In this document: positions 63,290 through 64,000 of the stretch, one piece after another | Layout: every line of letters starts with the position of its first letter | Numbering within the stretch: position 1 is the first letter of the stretch | Program-made: the position numbers and the translations under genes | Assembly (NCBI GenBank): GCA_963719505.1 | Contig: CAVRCF010000002.1 | Span: 64,001-128,000 of the forward strand | DNA from: Halobacteriovoraceae bacterium | GTDB taxonomy: Bacteria; Bdellovibrionota; Bacteriovoracia; Bacteriovoracales; Bacteriovoracaceae | DNA length: 64,000 bases | Direction of reading: 5' to 3' | The notes under the pieces: generated by a model | The model's database searches: none | Told to the model about the DNA's origin: nothing | What the model saw: the letters and a program-made list of their open reading frames with translations, nothing else

Positions 63290-64000
63290 TTAAAGTTTAT
63301 TAATTGTTATGTTCATTTCATTATTATTTTGTTCAACGACTTTTACTTTTTCACCTATTTTGTATTCCTCACTGCTATAAGCATTCCAAATCTCTCCTGC
63401 GACTTTTACTTGATACTTATGAACTCCATCTAAAGAGTCGATTTTGTTTGAGATCAAACCTGTCTCATCACTTACTTCAAAAAATTTATCTTTTTTCCCT
63501 CGTCCTTTGAATATGACAAATCCCACCACAAAAATATAAATTGCAATCGCCGCTACTGAGGAGAGGATGACGGGAAGTTGAAGATCTAAATAAGCATCTT
63601 GTGTTCTAAAAAGGAAAAGGGATCCAAAAATTAAAGAGGCGATACCTGCTATAGAGAGCACTCCATAGCTTGTTATATAAGCTTCCAGGATAAAGAGAAC
63701 GAAAGACAGAACAATAAGGCCTAGGGCGCCAAAGTTAAGCGGAAGAATTTGAAAACCTATTGCAGCTAAAACTAAGCAGACTGCCCCTATGGCACCTGCG
63801 ATCATTCCTCCAGGAGCTTGGAATTCAAAATACAGTAGTGCCGCACCAATGATAAAAAGAATATAAGCTGTCATAGGATTGGCGAAAATATTTAAAATAC
63901 TCTGACCTGGGTCCATATCAATATCATTCATCTCCATAAGATTGGTCGTCTTGAGGGTGAGGTCTTTTCCTTTTAGTCTTATTTTTTTCTCATTAATAAG
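63290..64000 (-). CDS. NfeD family membrane protein, 5' end outside window
   Basis: TM block with FEFQAPG; C-terminal OB-fold motif VKVAGEIWNA; adjacent to slipin. Confidence 0.88.
   Translation of the reverse strand, partial: LINEKKIRLKGKDLTLKTTNLMEMNDIDMDPGQSILNIFANPMTAYILFIIGAALLYFEFQAPGGMIAGAIGAVCLVLAAIGFQILPLNFGALGLIVLSFVLFILEAYITSYGVLSIAGIASLIFGSLFLFRTQDAYLDLQLPVILSSVAAIAIYIFVVGFVIFKGRGKKDKFFEVSDETGLISNKIDSLDGVHKYQVKVAGEIWNAYSSEEYKIGEKVKVVEQNNNEMNITINKL

Overview
AT-rich chromosomal window from a predatory Bdellovibrionota bacterium. The 16S signatures and gene content point to Bacteriovoracaceae, probably a Peredibacter relative. Housekeeping content: cmk, a heptose-7-P kinase, pheST, a complete tRNA-less 16S-23S-5S operon, a leucine-catabolism (liu) cluster, a UvrD/Rep helicase, uppP, cinA, typA, slyD and a slipin/NfeD pair. 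These are interleaved with many orphan secreted proteins and lipoproteins, and one apparently intact IS2-group element. Several conserved genes carry small indels that look like long-read assembly errors. Main candidates: (1) a ~360-nt leader before pheS made of an unclassified structured RNA, a Phe-codon-rich uORF and a terminator/antiterminator pair; (2) a sigma-28-type operon encoding a 1022-aa secreted protein, a thermolysin-like lipoprotein with no obvious propeptide, and a separate PepSY-like protein; (3) a window-wide set of sigma-28-like promoters, mostly on secreted orphan genes, several apparently leaderless; (4) recurrent short motifs in secreted proteins (R-x-[P/I]-A-S and a C-terminal F-x-x-[I/L]-S-x-R-Y) that may be sorting or processing signals. 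No database searches were run; all family calls rest on recognised motifs.
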